Part shown: piece by piece, positions 16,683-25,977 of the stretch | How positions within the stretch are numbered: position 1 is the first letter of the stretch | How the letters are laid out: every line of letters begins with the position of its first letter | Origin: an uncultured Candidatus Saccharibacteria bacterium | GTDB lineage: Bacteria > Patescibacteriota > Saccharimonadia > Saccharimonadales > JAGQNJ01 | DNA length: 64,000 nucleotides | Assembly: GCA_964590205.1 (NCBI GenBank) | Contig: CAZPVO010000001.1 | Coordinates: 175,873 to 239,872, forward strand | Direction: 5' to 3' | Notes under the pieces: generated by a model | Told to the model about the DNA's origin: nothing | The model's database searches: none | The model's input: only the letters and a program-made list of their open reading frames with translations | Program-made: the position numbers and the translations under genes

Positions 16683-17717
16683 ATGAAAACTAGGGTGGCA
16701 ATTAACGGATTTGGGCGTATCGGGCGAAATGCTTTTAAAATAGCTTTCGATCGTGCCGATATTGATGTCGTTGCAATTAACGACTTAACTGATACAAAAA
16801 CACTCGCCTATCTTTTAAAACACGATTCTAATTATGGTCTCTACGATCGCAAGGTTGAGTCTGATGATACGCATATTATCGTTGATGGTGACGCCATAAA
16901 AGTTACGGCTGAAAAAGATCCAGCTAAGCTGCCGTGGAAGGAAAATGATATCGATGTGGTTATTGAGTCCACTGGACGATTCACGAAAATCGAAGATGCC
17001 AAGCTGCATGTAACTGCGGGTGCGAAACGTGTTGTACTTTCAGGCCCAACAAAAAGTGACGGCATTGACACTGTTGTGCTCGGTGCAAATGATGATGATT
17101 TAGAAAAATCCACCGATATTATTAGCAATGCTAGTTGTACGACAAACTCGTTAGGTGCTGTGATGGCTGTCTTGGAAGCGAACTTTGGCGTCGAGAAGTC
17201 TCTCCTCACAACCGTACATAGTTATACGGCCAGTCAAATGTTGCAAGATGCTCCAGCTAAGGATGTACGAGAAGGTCGTAATGCGGCTGAAAACATTGTG
17301 CCAACAACAACCGGTGCGGCGATTGCTGTAACACTGACACTTCCTCATCTGAAGGGTAAATTTGACGGTTTGAGTATTCGGGTCCCAACCCCAGTTGTTT
17401 CACTCAGTGATGTCACGGCTCTACTTAAAAAGGACGTTACCGTTGAAGAAATCAACGAAGCGTTCAAAAAAGCAGCGGCTGAGCCATTTTATCAAGGTAT
17501 TTTAGATGTTAGTGACGAGCCGCTCGTCAGTAGTGACTATATTGGAAACAGTTTTTCGGGTACAGTTGATCTACTTTTAACAAAAGTTGTTGGCGGGAAT
17601 TTGGTGAAAGTGATGGTTTGGTATGACAACGAATGGGGTTATAGCAACCGCTTGGTTGAAGAAGTGGCTGATGTCGGAAAATTACTTCACGAAAAGGAAG
17701 AGCACGCACACGAATAG
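16683..17717 (+). CDS. gap: Type I glyceraldehyde-3-phosphate dehydrogenase
   Basis: INGFGRIGR, the ASCTTN active site, WYDNEWGYS. Confidence 0.92.
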   Translation: MKTRVAINGFGRIGRNAFKIAFDRADIDVVAINDLTDTKTLAYLLKHDSNYGLYDRKVESDDTHIIVDGDAIKVTAEKDPAKLPWKENDIDVVIESTGRFTKIEDAKLHVTAGAKRVVLSGPTKSDGIDTVVLGANDDDLEKSTDIISNASCTTNSLGAVMAVLEANFGVEKSLLTTVHSYTASQMLQDAPAKDVREGRNAAENIVPTTTGAAIAVTLTLPHLKGKFDGLSIRVPTPVVSLSDVTALLKKDVTVEEINEAFKKAAAEPFYQGILDVSDEPLVSSDYIGNSFSGTVDLLLTKVVGGNLVKVMVWYDNEWGYSNRLVEEVADVGKLLHEKEEHAHE

Positions 17718-17719
17718 CT

Positions 17720-18160
17720 ATGAAAATTTTTCTTGGCGCTGATCATAACGGCTATGAATTCAAGGAAAAACTTGAAGGCGATTTAAACTGGCAAGGTCAT
17801 GAAGTTGTCGACATGGGCGATATTGATCTTAATAAAGATGATGATTTTCCGGAATATGCTGCTAAAGTCGCAACAGCTGTACTGGGTGAAAAAGATAGTG
17901 TTGGCATTTTACTGTGTGGCAGTGGCCAAGGTGTTTGCATGGCAGCAAATCGCTACAAAGGCATTCGTGCAAGCTTGGTATGGGATCAAGATGAGGCAAA
18001 GGCTTCACGAAATGACGATGATGCTAATGTAATCTGTCTGCCAGCCAAAAAACTAACTTTTGAGCAAGTAAAAGAATTAGTTGATACATGGCTTTCTACA
18101 CCATTTGCGGGAGCCGCTCGGTTCCAGCGGCGTATAAAACAACTCGACGAGTTGAACTGA
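17720..18160 (+). CDS. rpiB: Ribose-5-phosphate isomerase B
   Basis: GADHNGYEFK, LLCGSGQGVCMAANR. Confidence 0.88.
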   Translation: MKIFLGADHNGYEFKEKLEGDLNWQGHEVVDMGDIDLNKDDDFPEYAAKVATAVLGEKDSVGILLCGSGQGVCMAANRYKGIRASLVWDQDEAKASRNDDDANVICLPAKKLTFEQVKELVDTWLSTPFAGAARFQRRIKQLDELN

Positions 18161-18789
18161 TGGCTGTAATTTGTCCGACGGTAACACCGCTTAGCATCAA
18201 TGATTATCATCAGCAGCTGGAGCGTATCACAAAATTTACCAAGCGAATTCATATCGATTGTATGGATGGCAAGTTTGCGCCAACTAAATCACCGTCACTC
18301 AAACACTTATCATGGCCAAAAAATATCGACGTCGATATTCACTTGATGTATGAACATCCCGAAGATGAAATTACACAGCTGATACAGCTTAAACCCAAAT
18401 TAGTAATACTGCACGCTGAAGCTGGCGGAAATTTTGTAACCATGGCTAATGATTTGCATGAGGCAAACATTCGAGTCGGCGTCGCGTTGTTACCTAAAAC
18501 TCCAGTGGACGTTATAAAGCCGGCACTTGAGATTACTGACTATGTGTTGATTTTTAGCGGCGATTTAGGCCATTTTGGTGGTTCTCCAAATCTAGTGCTG
18601 CTTGATAAAGTTAAAAAGGCTAAGCAGATGAAGCCTGAAGTTGAAATTGGCTGGGATGGCGGAATTGGCGATACGGTAGTGAAGCCACTGGTCGAAGCTG
18701 GTGTTGATGTACTCAATGTCGGCGGGTATATTCAGAAGGCCGAAAATCCAGCCGAGCGTTACGATATCCTGAAAAATCTGCTAAACTAA
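18160..18789 (+). CDS. rpe: Ribulose-phosphate 3-epimerase-family protein
   Basis: HIDCMDGKFAP, DIHLM, IGWDGGI. The start is refined to ATG 18160, a 1-nt overlap with the rpiB stop. Confidence 0.7.
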   Translation: MAVICPTVTPLSINDYHQQLERITKFTKRIHIDCMDGKFAPTKSPSLKHLSWPKNIDVDIHLMYEHPEDEITQLIQLKPKLVILHAEAGGNFVTMANDLHEANIRVGVALLPKTPVDVIKPALEITDYVLIFSGDLGHFGGSPNLVLLDKVKKAKQMKPEVEIGWDGGIGDTVVKPLVEAGVDVLNVGGYIQKAENPAERYDILKNLLN

Positions 18790-18813
18790 AAGCAAAAGCG
18801 GGAATGTGCGCAT

Positions 18814-19674
18814 ATGAACAAAAAAACGTACACAATTGAGGAATTAGAGCTCAAGGCCAACAGCATTCGCCAGGATATTATTAAAATGCTGGTGCATGCC
18901 GGTAGTGGCCATAGTGCGGGCCCACTAGGTTTAGCCGATATTTTTACGGCGCTTTATTTTGACATTTTAAAACACGATCCAAGCAAACCAGATTGGGATC
19001 AGCGCGATATTCTGCTCTTAAGTAATGGTCACTGCGTCCCGGTTCGCTATGCGACAATGGCCGAAGCTGGCTATTTTGATAAAAAAGAACTAATGACGCT
19101 TCGCAAGTTTGGCTCAAGACTACAAGGTCACCCCGAGCGACTTAAACTGCCAGGCCTAGAAAACACCAGTGGCCCGCTGGGCTGCGGCTTAAGTCAGGCA
19201 TGTGGAATGGCGCTGGCGCTACGCATGAACAAAGAACAGCATCGCTGGGTGTACGTAGTGATGGGTGATGGCGAGCTCGACGAAGGTAATGTCTGGGAAG
19301 CGGCGATGCTGGCATCCAAATACAAGCTCAACAATATAATCGGTATCATCGACCGCAACAATATTCAAATTGATGGCCCAACTGAGTCGGTTATGCCTCT
19401 CGAAGACCTCAAAGAAAAGTGGGAATCATTCGGCTTTCACGTTATTGAAATTGACGGTAATAACATCGAGGCTGTGATTGATGCCTGCGCAATGGGGCGT
19501 GCCGTGGTTGAAAAGCCAGTCATGATTATTGCCCACACCGTGCCAGGCAAAGGCGTTGATTTTATGGAATACGATTTTCATTGGCATGGAGTCCCACCAA
19601 ACGTTGAGCAGGCCAAAGAAGCGCTGCATGAAATCCGAACTTTGCGTGGCAAAATCAGGAGCGAACATGAGTGA
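18814..19674 (+). CDS. Transketolase, N-terminal (TPP-binding) subunit
   Basis: GHSAGPLG, GDGELDEGNVWEA and IDRNNIQIDG motifs. Confidence 0.88.
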   Translation: MNKKTYTIEELELKANSIRQDIIKMLVHAGSGHSAGPLGLADIFTALYFDILKHDPSKPDWDQRDILLLSNGHCVPVRYATMAEAGYFDKKELMTLRKFGSRLQGHPERLKLPGLENTSGPLGCGLSQACGMALALRMNKEQHRWVYVVMGDGELDEGNVWEAAMLASKYKLNNIIGIIDRNNIQIDGPTESVMPLEDLKEKWESFGFHVIEIDGNNIEAVIDACAMGRAVVEKPVMIIAHTVPGKGVDFMEYDFHWHGVPPNVEQAKEALHEIRTLRGKIRSEHE

Positions 19675-20644
19675 TGTTCATTTAGTAGGTGATATTACAG
19701 ATCCTGACGTTAAGGTTGAGCCGATCAGAGTTGGTTTTGGTAAAGGTTTACTAGAAGCTGGCCGGCGGGACGAAAATGTAGTCGGAGCTTGCGCTGATTT
19801 AACTGGTTCAACCAAAATGGACGGTTTTGCTGAAGCTTTTCCTGAGCGGTTCATTGAAATTGGTGTAGCCGAGCAAAATTTAGTAACGGTGGGATCAGGT
19901 TTGGCCGCCATGGGTAAAATTCCGTTTGTCAGCAGCTATGCGGCATTCAGCCCAGGTCGTAACTGGGAGCAAATTCGCACGACCATTTGTTTAAACGACC
20001 GACCAGTCAAAATTATTGGCTCTCACGCTGGCCTGTACACTGGTACAGATGGTGCAACACATCAAATGTTGGAGGATCTCGCACTTATGCGTGTGCTGCC
20101 AAATATGGTTGTGCTGGCACCGTGCGACAGTTTAGAGGCCGAAAAAGCCACGATTGCTATGGCGACAGACAAACGGCCAAATTACATGCGTGTCACTCGT
20201 GAAGGCACACCGGTATTCACTACGCACGATACACCTTTTGAAATTGGCAAAGCTCAAATTTTTGATCAAGGTGTTGATGTGACAATCGTAGCAACGGGTA
20301 CGATGACACATCCGGCTCTTGTGGCTGCAAAGCACTTATATAAAGAAGGTATCGATGCTGAAGTAGTCCACTGTGCGACAATCAAACCTCTTGATGGAGT
20401 GACAATTCTAAAAAGTGTGAGAAAGACTGGTGCGGTAGTAACTGCTGAAGAGCATCAAATTAATGGTGGTCTTGGCAGCGCCGTGGCGGAACTGGTGAGC
20501 GAAAATCATCCTGTGCCGCTCCGGCGGGTTGGCGTTAAGGATCACTTTGGTGAATCAGGCGAGCCAAAAGAACTGCTGGAGCACTTCGGATTAACGTACA
20601 AACACATTATGGCTGCCGCTCACGAGGTTTGTGGGGTAAAATAG
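19667..20644 (+). CDS. Transketolase, C-terminal (pyrimidine-binding) subunit
   Basis: ERFIEIGVAEQNLV, GATHQMLEDLALMR. The start is refined to ATG 19667, an 8-nt overlap with the N-terminal subunit. Confidence 0.88.
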   Translation: MSDVHLVGDITDPDVKVEPIRVGFGKGLLEAGRRDENVVGACADLTGSTKMDGFAEAFPERFIEIGVAEQNLVTVGSGLAAMGKIPFVSSYAAFSPGRNWEQIRTTICLNDRPVKIIGSHAGLYTGTDGATHQMLEDLALMRVLPNMVVLAPCDSLEAEKATIAMATDKRPNYMRVTREGTPVFTTHDTPFEIGKAQIFDQGVDVTIVATGTMTHPALVAAKHLYKEGIDAEVVHCATIKPLDGVTILKSVRKTGAVVTAEEHQINGGLGSAVAELVSENHPVPLRRVGVKDHFGESGEPKELLEHFGLTYKHIMAAAHEVCGVK

Positions 20645-20649
20645 TACTT

Positions 20650-21561
20650 ATGCCGCTTACGCTTAGAGAAATGCGCAACAATTGCCTAAAGGCGCGAGAG
20701 CTGATGGAACGTTCACGTCGTGAGCATTTTGCTGTTGGAGCGTTCAACTTAGACAATCAGGAAACTTTAATTGCTGTGTGCCGGGCCGCTAAAGCAAAAA
20801 GCGCACCTGTAATGGTTGAAGTGAGCAAGGGCGAAGTCGACGCTATGGGGCTCGACAATCTCCGCGATATGGTTGATAACTATAAAGCCGAATATGGTCT
20901 GGAGATGTTCATTAACCTCGATCACAGCCCAAGCGTTGAAGACGCGCTTGATGGTATTGAAGCCGGTTTTGAATTTATACACATTGATATTAGCCAAGCC
21001 AATCATGATGCGAGTGATGAGCAAATCATAAAAGCTACTCATCAAGTAGTTGATTACGCAAAATTAACTGGTGCACTTGTGGAGAGTGAACCGCACTATT
21101 TTGGTGGCGGAAGCAATGTTTTTACTAAGAAATTTGATTACGACGAAATAAAGAAAACCTTCAGCACACCGGAAGGTGCCAAAGCGTTCGTAAAAGCGAC
21201 CGGTATTGATACTTATGCGGCGGCTATCGGAAATCTGCACGGACACTACCCCGTACCAAAACGGCTAGACATTGATTTGCTCAAAAAAATTCGAGCAGCG
21301 ATCGACTGCAATATTAGTTTGCATGGTGGCAGTGACACGCCAGGTCACTATTTTGAAGAAGCGGTAAAAATTGGTGTCAGTAAGATCAACATTAATTCTG
21401 ATATGCGACTGGCTTACCGAAAAACTCTTGAAAAAGTTCTGGCCGAAAACAAGACCGAGTATGCCGTCGTAAAAATCATGGGCAAAGTGATTAAAGAAGT
21501 GCAAAGTGTCGTTGAAAGTAAAATTGATGTCTTCAACGCCACTGGCAAAGCTAAGACGTAG
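20650..21561 (+). CDS. Class II fructose/tagatose-bisphosphate aldolase
   Basis: AVGAFNLDN, NLDHS, HIDIS, GNLHG, LHGGSDTP, NINSD motifs. The start is refined to ATG 20650. Confidence 0.85.
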   Translation: MPLTLREMRNNCLKARELMERSRREHFAVGAFNLDNQETLIAVCRAAKAKSAPVMVEVSKGEVDAMGLDNLRDMVDNYKAEYGLEMFINLDHSPSVEDALDGIEAGFEFIHIDISQANHDASDEQIIKATHQVVDYAKLTGALVESEPHYFGGGSNVFTKKFDYDEIKKTFSTPEGAKAFVKATGIDTYAAAIGNLHGHYPVPKRLDIDLLKKIRAAIDCNISLHGGSDTPGHYFEEAVKIGVSKININSDMRLAYRKTLEKVLAENKTEYAVVKIMGKVIKEVQSVVESKIDVFNATGKAKT

Positions 21562-21564
21562 ATT

Positions 21565-22533
21565 ATGAAAGAAACCGTAAAGATTATTAGCATTGGTGCG
21601 GCAGTCCAAGACGTTTTTTTGCTCGGCAAACTTTTTAGACCGCATAAAGAAGATGACGGCGATATGGTTGAGGAATTTGAACTCGGCAGCAAAAACGATG
21701 TCGAAGACGTGGTTTTTAGCACCGGTGGCGGTGGAACAAACGCTGCTGTAACTTTCGCTCGCCAGGGTTTACACAGCATGTGCTTTGGGCACATTGGTGA
21801 TGATCTTGCCGGGCAAGCTGTCATGGATGATCTTCATAAAGAAGGTGTTGACACCTCGCTTATGAAGATTGAGAAAAACATCGGCACTGGCTATTCAACA
21901 TTACTACTCGCGCCTAATGGGGAACGCACAATACTAACTTACCGCGGTGCATCCGAAACATTTACTCTGCACGAAAGCGATTTCCATGATATGAAAGCCG
22001 ACTGGTTGTATGTCTCCTCACTTGGCGGAAATATCGAGGCACTTAAAACAATCGTAGCGTATGCCAAGGCTCACAATATAAAAATTGCTGCCAATCCTGG
22101 AAAAGGCGAGCTAGAGCAAAAGGCCGAAATACACAAACTTATTCCGCAATTTAGTATTTTGAGTCTAAATAAAGAGGAGTTGCAAATGATTTTTCCAGGG
22201 GAGACTTTGGAAGAATTAGTAACAACAGCTGCCAAGCAAATTCCATGTGTGATTGGTACTGATGGTCCAAAAGGTGCCGTGGCTATTTACGAGGGTAAAT
22301 TATACAAAGCCGGCATGTACGAAGATGTAAAGGTTGTTGATCGAACTGGTGCCGGGGATGCATTTAGTAGCGGCTTTGTAGCTGGTGCGGTCAAGGGTGG
22401 TAGCCCAGAACATGCTATTACGCTCGCTAGTGCGAATTCTACAAGCGTGGTCACCAAAGTGGGCGCCAAGCCAGGAATTCTAGGCTCTAGCGCTAAGCTG
22501 CATGCGATGCCAATTCAGGCACAGGATTTGTAA
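21565..22533 (+). CDS. PfkB-family carbohydrate kinase
   Basis: GGGGTNAA N-terminal motif and TGAGDAFSSGFV C-terminal signature. It directly follows the aldolase gene. Confidence 0.8.
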   Translation: MKETVKIISIGAAVQDVFLLGKLFRPHKEDDGDMVEEFELGSKNDVEDVVFSTGGGGTNAAVTFARQGLHSMCFGHIGDDLAGQAVMDDLHKEGVDTSLMKIEKNIGTGYSTLLLAPNGERTILTYRGASETFTLHESDFHDMKADWLYVSSLGGNIEALKTIVAYAKAHNIKIAANPGKGELEQKAEIHKLIPQFSILSLNKEELQMIFPGETLEELVTTAAKQIPCVIGTDGPKGAVAIYEGKLYKAGMYEDVKVVDRTGAGDAFSSGFVAGAVKGGSPEHAITLASANSTSVVTKVGAKPGILGSSAKLHAMPIQAQDL

Positions 22534-23347
22534 GGGGTATTCCTGCCAGGTTCAGCGCTGTGCGCCCGGTGCTGGACAATAGTTTTGTGACGTAATTTAC
22601 TTCACTTGGATCTTTGCCGAGCATTTCAAGATAAGCGTTCTCATTACTGATCATGATATCTGCGGCGCTATATACCGTTAGACCGATGCCAATAGCTTCA
22701 AGAGGTTTGCGTAGTACTGGCACTCGATCAAGAATTCCGGTTGCTTCAGCTGTTTGATGGGCATCCATGACGACTGTTTTAATTTGACTGATGGGCACTG
22801 CACTGCCGGCTTTTGTAACACCAAGCTGACGGTACGTTGAGCGTACTGAGCTCACCCAAAAATTCCGCGTTACATTAAGACTAGTGTAAAGCCATGATAA
22901 ATCACCGCCGACGCTTGCGCCAAGCTGGTCTGCAATCTGAGCGTACTTATCACACTCTTGATCTAGCGTACTGCCGTCAGTTTCACGTAGTGTTTGCATA
23001 ATAGCCCCTGCTCTTGTTCGAGTACTACCTCGCTGAGCGCAATTTTGTGCTATTTGCAGCATCATTTTGTTGGCACTAAAAATCACGGGCTTAGCTGTTG
23101 CAAATTCTTTGTCATGTTCCGCAACAAAGCCATCATGCCCATCTATAATCATCTTAGCTCCACGTACTAAGCCTGGAACCAGACCTTTTTTACCACGTGC
23201 TGCGGTATAAAAAAGATACGGGGCAATCAAAATACGGCCAGCACTTTCAGCATTGGCAATTTCACGACCATGTTCTTGATAAATTTGGCGGACTGATTCA
23301 GGAGTTATGGCCTGAAAAGCCCCGTTCTTAACATCTCGGATACTCAT
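22493..23347 (-). CDS. Hypothetical soluble protein (284 aa), no recognised domain
   Basis: Long ORF. The start is refined to MSIRD (ATG at 23347). Its 3' end overlaps pfkB by 41 nt in convergent orientation. Confidence 0.5.
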   Translation of the reverse strand: MSIRDVKNGAFQAITPESVRQIYQEHGREIANAESAGRILIAPYLFYTAARGKKGLVPGLVRGAKMIIDGHDGFVAEHDKEFATAKPVIFSANKMMLQIAQNCAQRGSTRTRAGAIMQTLRETDGSTLDQECDKYAQIADQLGASVGGDLSWLYTSLNVTRNFWVSSVRSTYRQLGVTKAGSAVPISQIKTVVMDAHQTAEATGILDRVPVLRKPLEAIGIGLTVYSAADIMISNENAYLEMLGKDPSEVNYVTKLLSSTGRTALNLAGIPLTNPVPELASHAA

Positions 23348-23431
23348 TAAGCTATTTTTAGCATAAAAGCAATTAAAAAGCAAAAACTGACTTTACGGAA
23401 CTATTCCGCTCATGGTAATCTGTAAATAACT

Positions 23432-24661
23432 ATGAGCAAAATGCTGTCAGAACTTTTGGGCGCTACTGAACCTATGTTTAGTTTGGCCCTGCAGCAGCTC
23501 GAAAAAGCCAGCGGCAGCACCGGTGTTGATTTGCGTTTAACATCGGAGATCATTGGTAAAGTTAATCTTAAAACGCGCGAACTTGGGCTGGATCCAGAAG
23601 ATACAACTGGCCGCGAACTTTATTTTGCCCTTCTTAATAAAGTTGAGCGTGACGACGAATACTTAGTGAAATTAATGGGAGGTACGGATCCAAACGACGC
23701 TGCTGCTCTCATGCCACTGATGAAAAAAATGTGGGATGATTATAAAACCCCAAAGGCAGCGTGGGTCCTTAAAAAGAGTGTCGCCAAACGCCTACTGCAC
23801 AGTATGCCACCTAAAAACATCATGAAGCATTTACATTACCGCTCGGTGGATTCAATGCTCAAAAATGAAAACCTGGCCGAAATTTACGGGGCGCTCCGAT
23901 TTGCTGAAGATCCAAAATGGCTTAATGAATTCGACAGTAGCTACAAAAAACTCAAGCCGAGTGATTTTGAAACCCGCAACATCGAAATTGTACAGATGTC
24001 GGCTGACCGGTGGGGCGACATTGCCGCGCCGTTTATTCATAAAAAGAAGCACAATATCACACACCTCAAAGAACTTGGCGTTATTTTGATGTTACCAATT
24101 TCTGGGCAATTGCGTGGTATTGCCATTTTTGCATTACCGTTATTATTTCATTACTTGAACGAAATTCGTCTGTACTCAGCTTTCTTTAAATTGCAACAGG
24201 TTAAACCTGACTTTGGTGAAATTTTAGTAACAACGCTTATTGCTGATCCACCGCAGGCTGCCGTTATGTCAGGTCAGAATATTCACTGGCGTGTGATTCA
24301 ACGTTACTTCGGTAAACTTGATAATGAATATCACCCGGAAATTTTTGAACCACATGTCCAGCCCGAGGATTTGCATTGGCGACGGGCCGAAGAAATGCTG
24401 TACGAACTTGATCCTGAGCTAGGCTTTTGGAAAGATCTTGATTACGTGGCTGCAATGCACGCCGGTCGGCCAATTACGTTTAATGTTTTGGATATAGCTG
24501 CAAGTTATGTCAACAAACTTCCGTATAAAGACAGAGCGATTTATCATTTTCGCGAGAGTCTGTGGACCGAAATTTTTGTGCGCTACATGGGCGAAAAAAC
24601 TCTTGAGCAGCAGGTGCTTAAGCAGCTCAACAATAATATGATTGAGCCTGAAAACCTATGA
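23432..24661 (+). CDS. Hypothetical protein (409 aa), no recognised domain
   Basis: Long ORF divergent from 23347. ATGA overlap with the next gene. Confidence 0.5.
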   Translation: MSKMLSELLGATEPMFSLALQQLEKASGSTGVDLRLTSEIIGKVNLKTRELGLDPEDTTGRELYFALLNKVERDDEYLVKLMGGTDPNDAAALMPLMKKMWDDYKTPKAAWVLKKSVAKRLLHSMPPKNIMKHLHYRSVDSMLKNENLAEIYGALRFAEDPKWLNEFDSSYKKLKPSDFETRNIEIVQMSADRWGDIAAPFIHKKKHNITHLKELGVILMLPISGQLRGIAIFALPLLFHYLNEIRLYSAFFKLQQVKPDFGEILVTTLIADPPQAAVMSGQNIHWRVIQRYFGKLDNEYHPEIFEPHVQPEDLHWRRAEEMLYELDPELGFWKDLDYVAAMHAGRPITFNVLDIAASYVNKLPYKDRAIYHFRESLWTEIFVRYMGEKTLEQQVLKQLNNNMIEPENL

Positions 24662-25278
24662 ACCCTTTACGAAGACATAAAATGCGATATTCAATTTGTT
24701 TGTCGGGCGCAGCGTCCGGTCATACGGTTGAACCAGCTCGCAAGATGGCTGAAGAAGTTGGCCGGGCGATTGCCAAGGCTGGACATATTATTACAACTGG
24801 TGCGACTATCGGGCTGCCATACTATGCAGCTAAAGCCGCAAAGGAAGCTGGTGGTATGAGTATTGGTTTTTCCCCAGCAGCCAGTATGCGTGAACACTTA
24901 TATAAGTACCGTTTGCCGCTCGATGTGTATGATTTTGTAAACTTTACAGGCATGCACTACGTTGGGCGCGATATTCACTTGGTACAGTCCAGCGATGCAA
25001 TTATTACTATTGGCGGACGGTTTGGTAGCTTGCACGAATTTACGACTGCGCTCGAAGCTAAGATGCCTTGCGGGGTACTACTTGGCAGTGGAGGCACGGC
25101 CGATGAAATTCCAGATCTTATGAACCGGCTTGAACCACCTAATCGCGACATGGTGACATTTGACGATGACGCAGGCAAGCTTGTTAAGGAAGTTATTGCC
25201 ATGCTCGATAAAGACTTAGCTGATATTGATCCATCTATCAATCATTCGGCGTGGTTTCACGAGGGCGACAAACACTAG
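24658..25278 (+). CDS. LOG/SLOG-superfamily Rossmann protein (TIGR00725-like)
   Basis: GAASG ... TTGATIGLPYYAAKAAKEAGGMSIGF ... ITIGGRFGSLHEF is collinear with the LOG-family GGxxGxM / PGGxGTxxE motifs. The alternative start is ATG 24682. Confidence 0.6.
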   Translation: MNPLRRHKMRYSICLSGAASGHTVEPARKMAEEVGRAIAKAGHIITTGATIGLPYYAAKAAKEAGGMSIGFSPAASMREHLYKYRLPLDVYDFVNFTGMHYVGRDIHLVQSSDAIITIGGRFGSLHEFTTALEAKMPCGVLLGSGGTADEIPDLMNRLEPPNRDMVTFDDDAGKLVKEVIAMLDKDLADIDPSINHSAWFHEGDKH

Positions 25279-25371
25279 CCACAGCTTTTCCACAGTGTGT
25301 TTGCTCTCGGGTATCTCTTGGGGTATGCTTATGCTTAAGATACGTCAAAAAGAAAGGGCACCACTTTAAAA

Positions 25372-25956
25372 ATGAAAAAACTCAACCAACATGGAATAGC
25401 AGGAACAATGGTCGCATTGATCATCGTATTAGTTTTAGCAGTTGGCGGCGTCGGCTACTACGTCTGGCATGCCAAAAAAGCAACTGAGAACACTTTGAAC
25501 AACACTTCTAACAGTATTGGCGAACCAAGTAAGTCAACAAAAAAGACGGCACCTACCTCACAATCGACTGTAACTTCCAAAAAATATCTTGAGATAAAGG
25601 AGCTGGGAATTAAGTTTGAATTAACAGATAGCATTGCTGATGCATATTATTATATTGATCCAAAAGTACCAGATGTTGCAACGTTATCGATTACATCGCT
25701 GAAAGGTACCGATCAATGTGGTGCCGATAAGGTTGGAATCGGACACGTTTCAAAAGGGTTAAAGACTGATAAGTATGGTGAAACGAATGATACATTTGAG
25801 AAGCTTGCTCAAACTGGCGGAAAAGTAATTGGCAACTACGCCTACGTTTACTTTGGTCCACAAGCTGCTTGTAGTGACAATCAGCAAACAGAAGCAAAAG
25901 CATTAGCTACTCAAAAAGAATTTGTGAAGCAGATGTCAACAATTCAGGCACTTTAG
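25372..25956 (+). CDS. Pilin-like N-terminally anchored protein, type A paralog 1
   Basis: MKKLNQHG|IAGTMVALIIVLVLAVGGVGYYVW, then a KYLEIKELGIKF domain with two Cys. Confidence 0.6.
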   Translation: MKKLNQHGIAGTMVALIIVLVLAVGGVGYYVWHAKKATENTLNNTSNSIGEPSKSTKKTAPTSQSTVTSKKYLEIKELGIKFELTDSIADAYYYIDPKVPDVATLSITSLKGTDQCGADKVGIGHVSKGLKTDKYGETNDTFEKLAQTGGKVIGNYAYVYFGPQAACSDNQQTEAKALATQKEFVKQMSTIQAL

Positions 25957-25977
25957 AAAAATAACTTAAGGTCAAAT

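Noticed and set aside
18088-18159. Upstream extensions of track ORFs at 18088, 19529, 20629, 10174-10341, 51180-51197, 56030-56089, 23348-23383 and 47322-47357
   Set aside because: The extensions overlap the preceding gene or a promoter box and lack family similarity. Internal ATGs give N-termini matching the known families.
19672-19674. Possible alternative genetic code (UGA recoding as in some CPR lineages)
   Set aside because: TGA terminates conserved proteins at the expected C-termini (tktN 19672-19674, rpiB 18158-18160, gatA 36579-36581, pheS 6421-6423). No conserved gene needs read-through.
18814-20644. Split transketolase as a possible frameshifted pseudogene
   Set aside because: The break falls exactly at the domain boundary, with an 8-nt overlap and an intact ATG. 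Two-subunit transketolases are an established arrangement.
25330-25345. Tandem tatgct-tatgct and gtatct/agatac stem upstream of the pilin-like array as a regulatory element
   Set aside because: Short, low-information features. They are plausibly just alternative -10-like hexamers, and there is no supporting symmetry or repetition elsewhere.
25251-25487. 78-aa ORF spanning the LOG-like gene end and the first pilin-like gene start
   Set aside because: It overlaps two better-supported genes out of frame. It is Arg/Cys-rich and has no start context.
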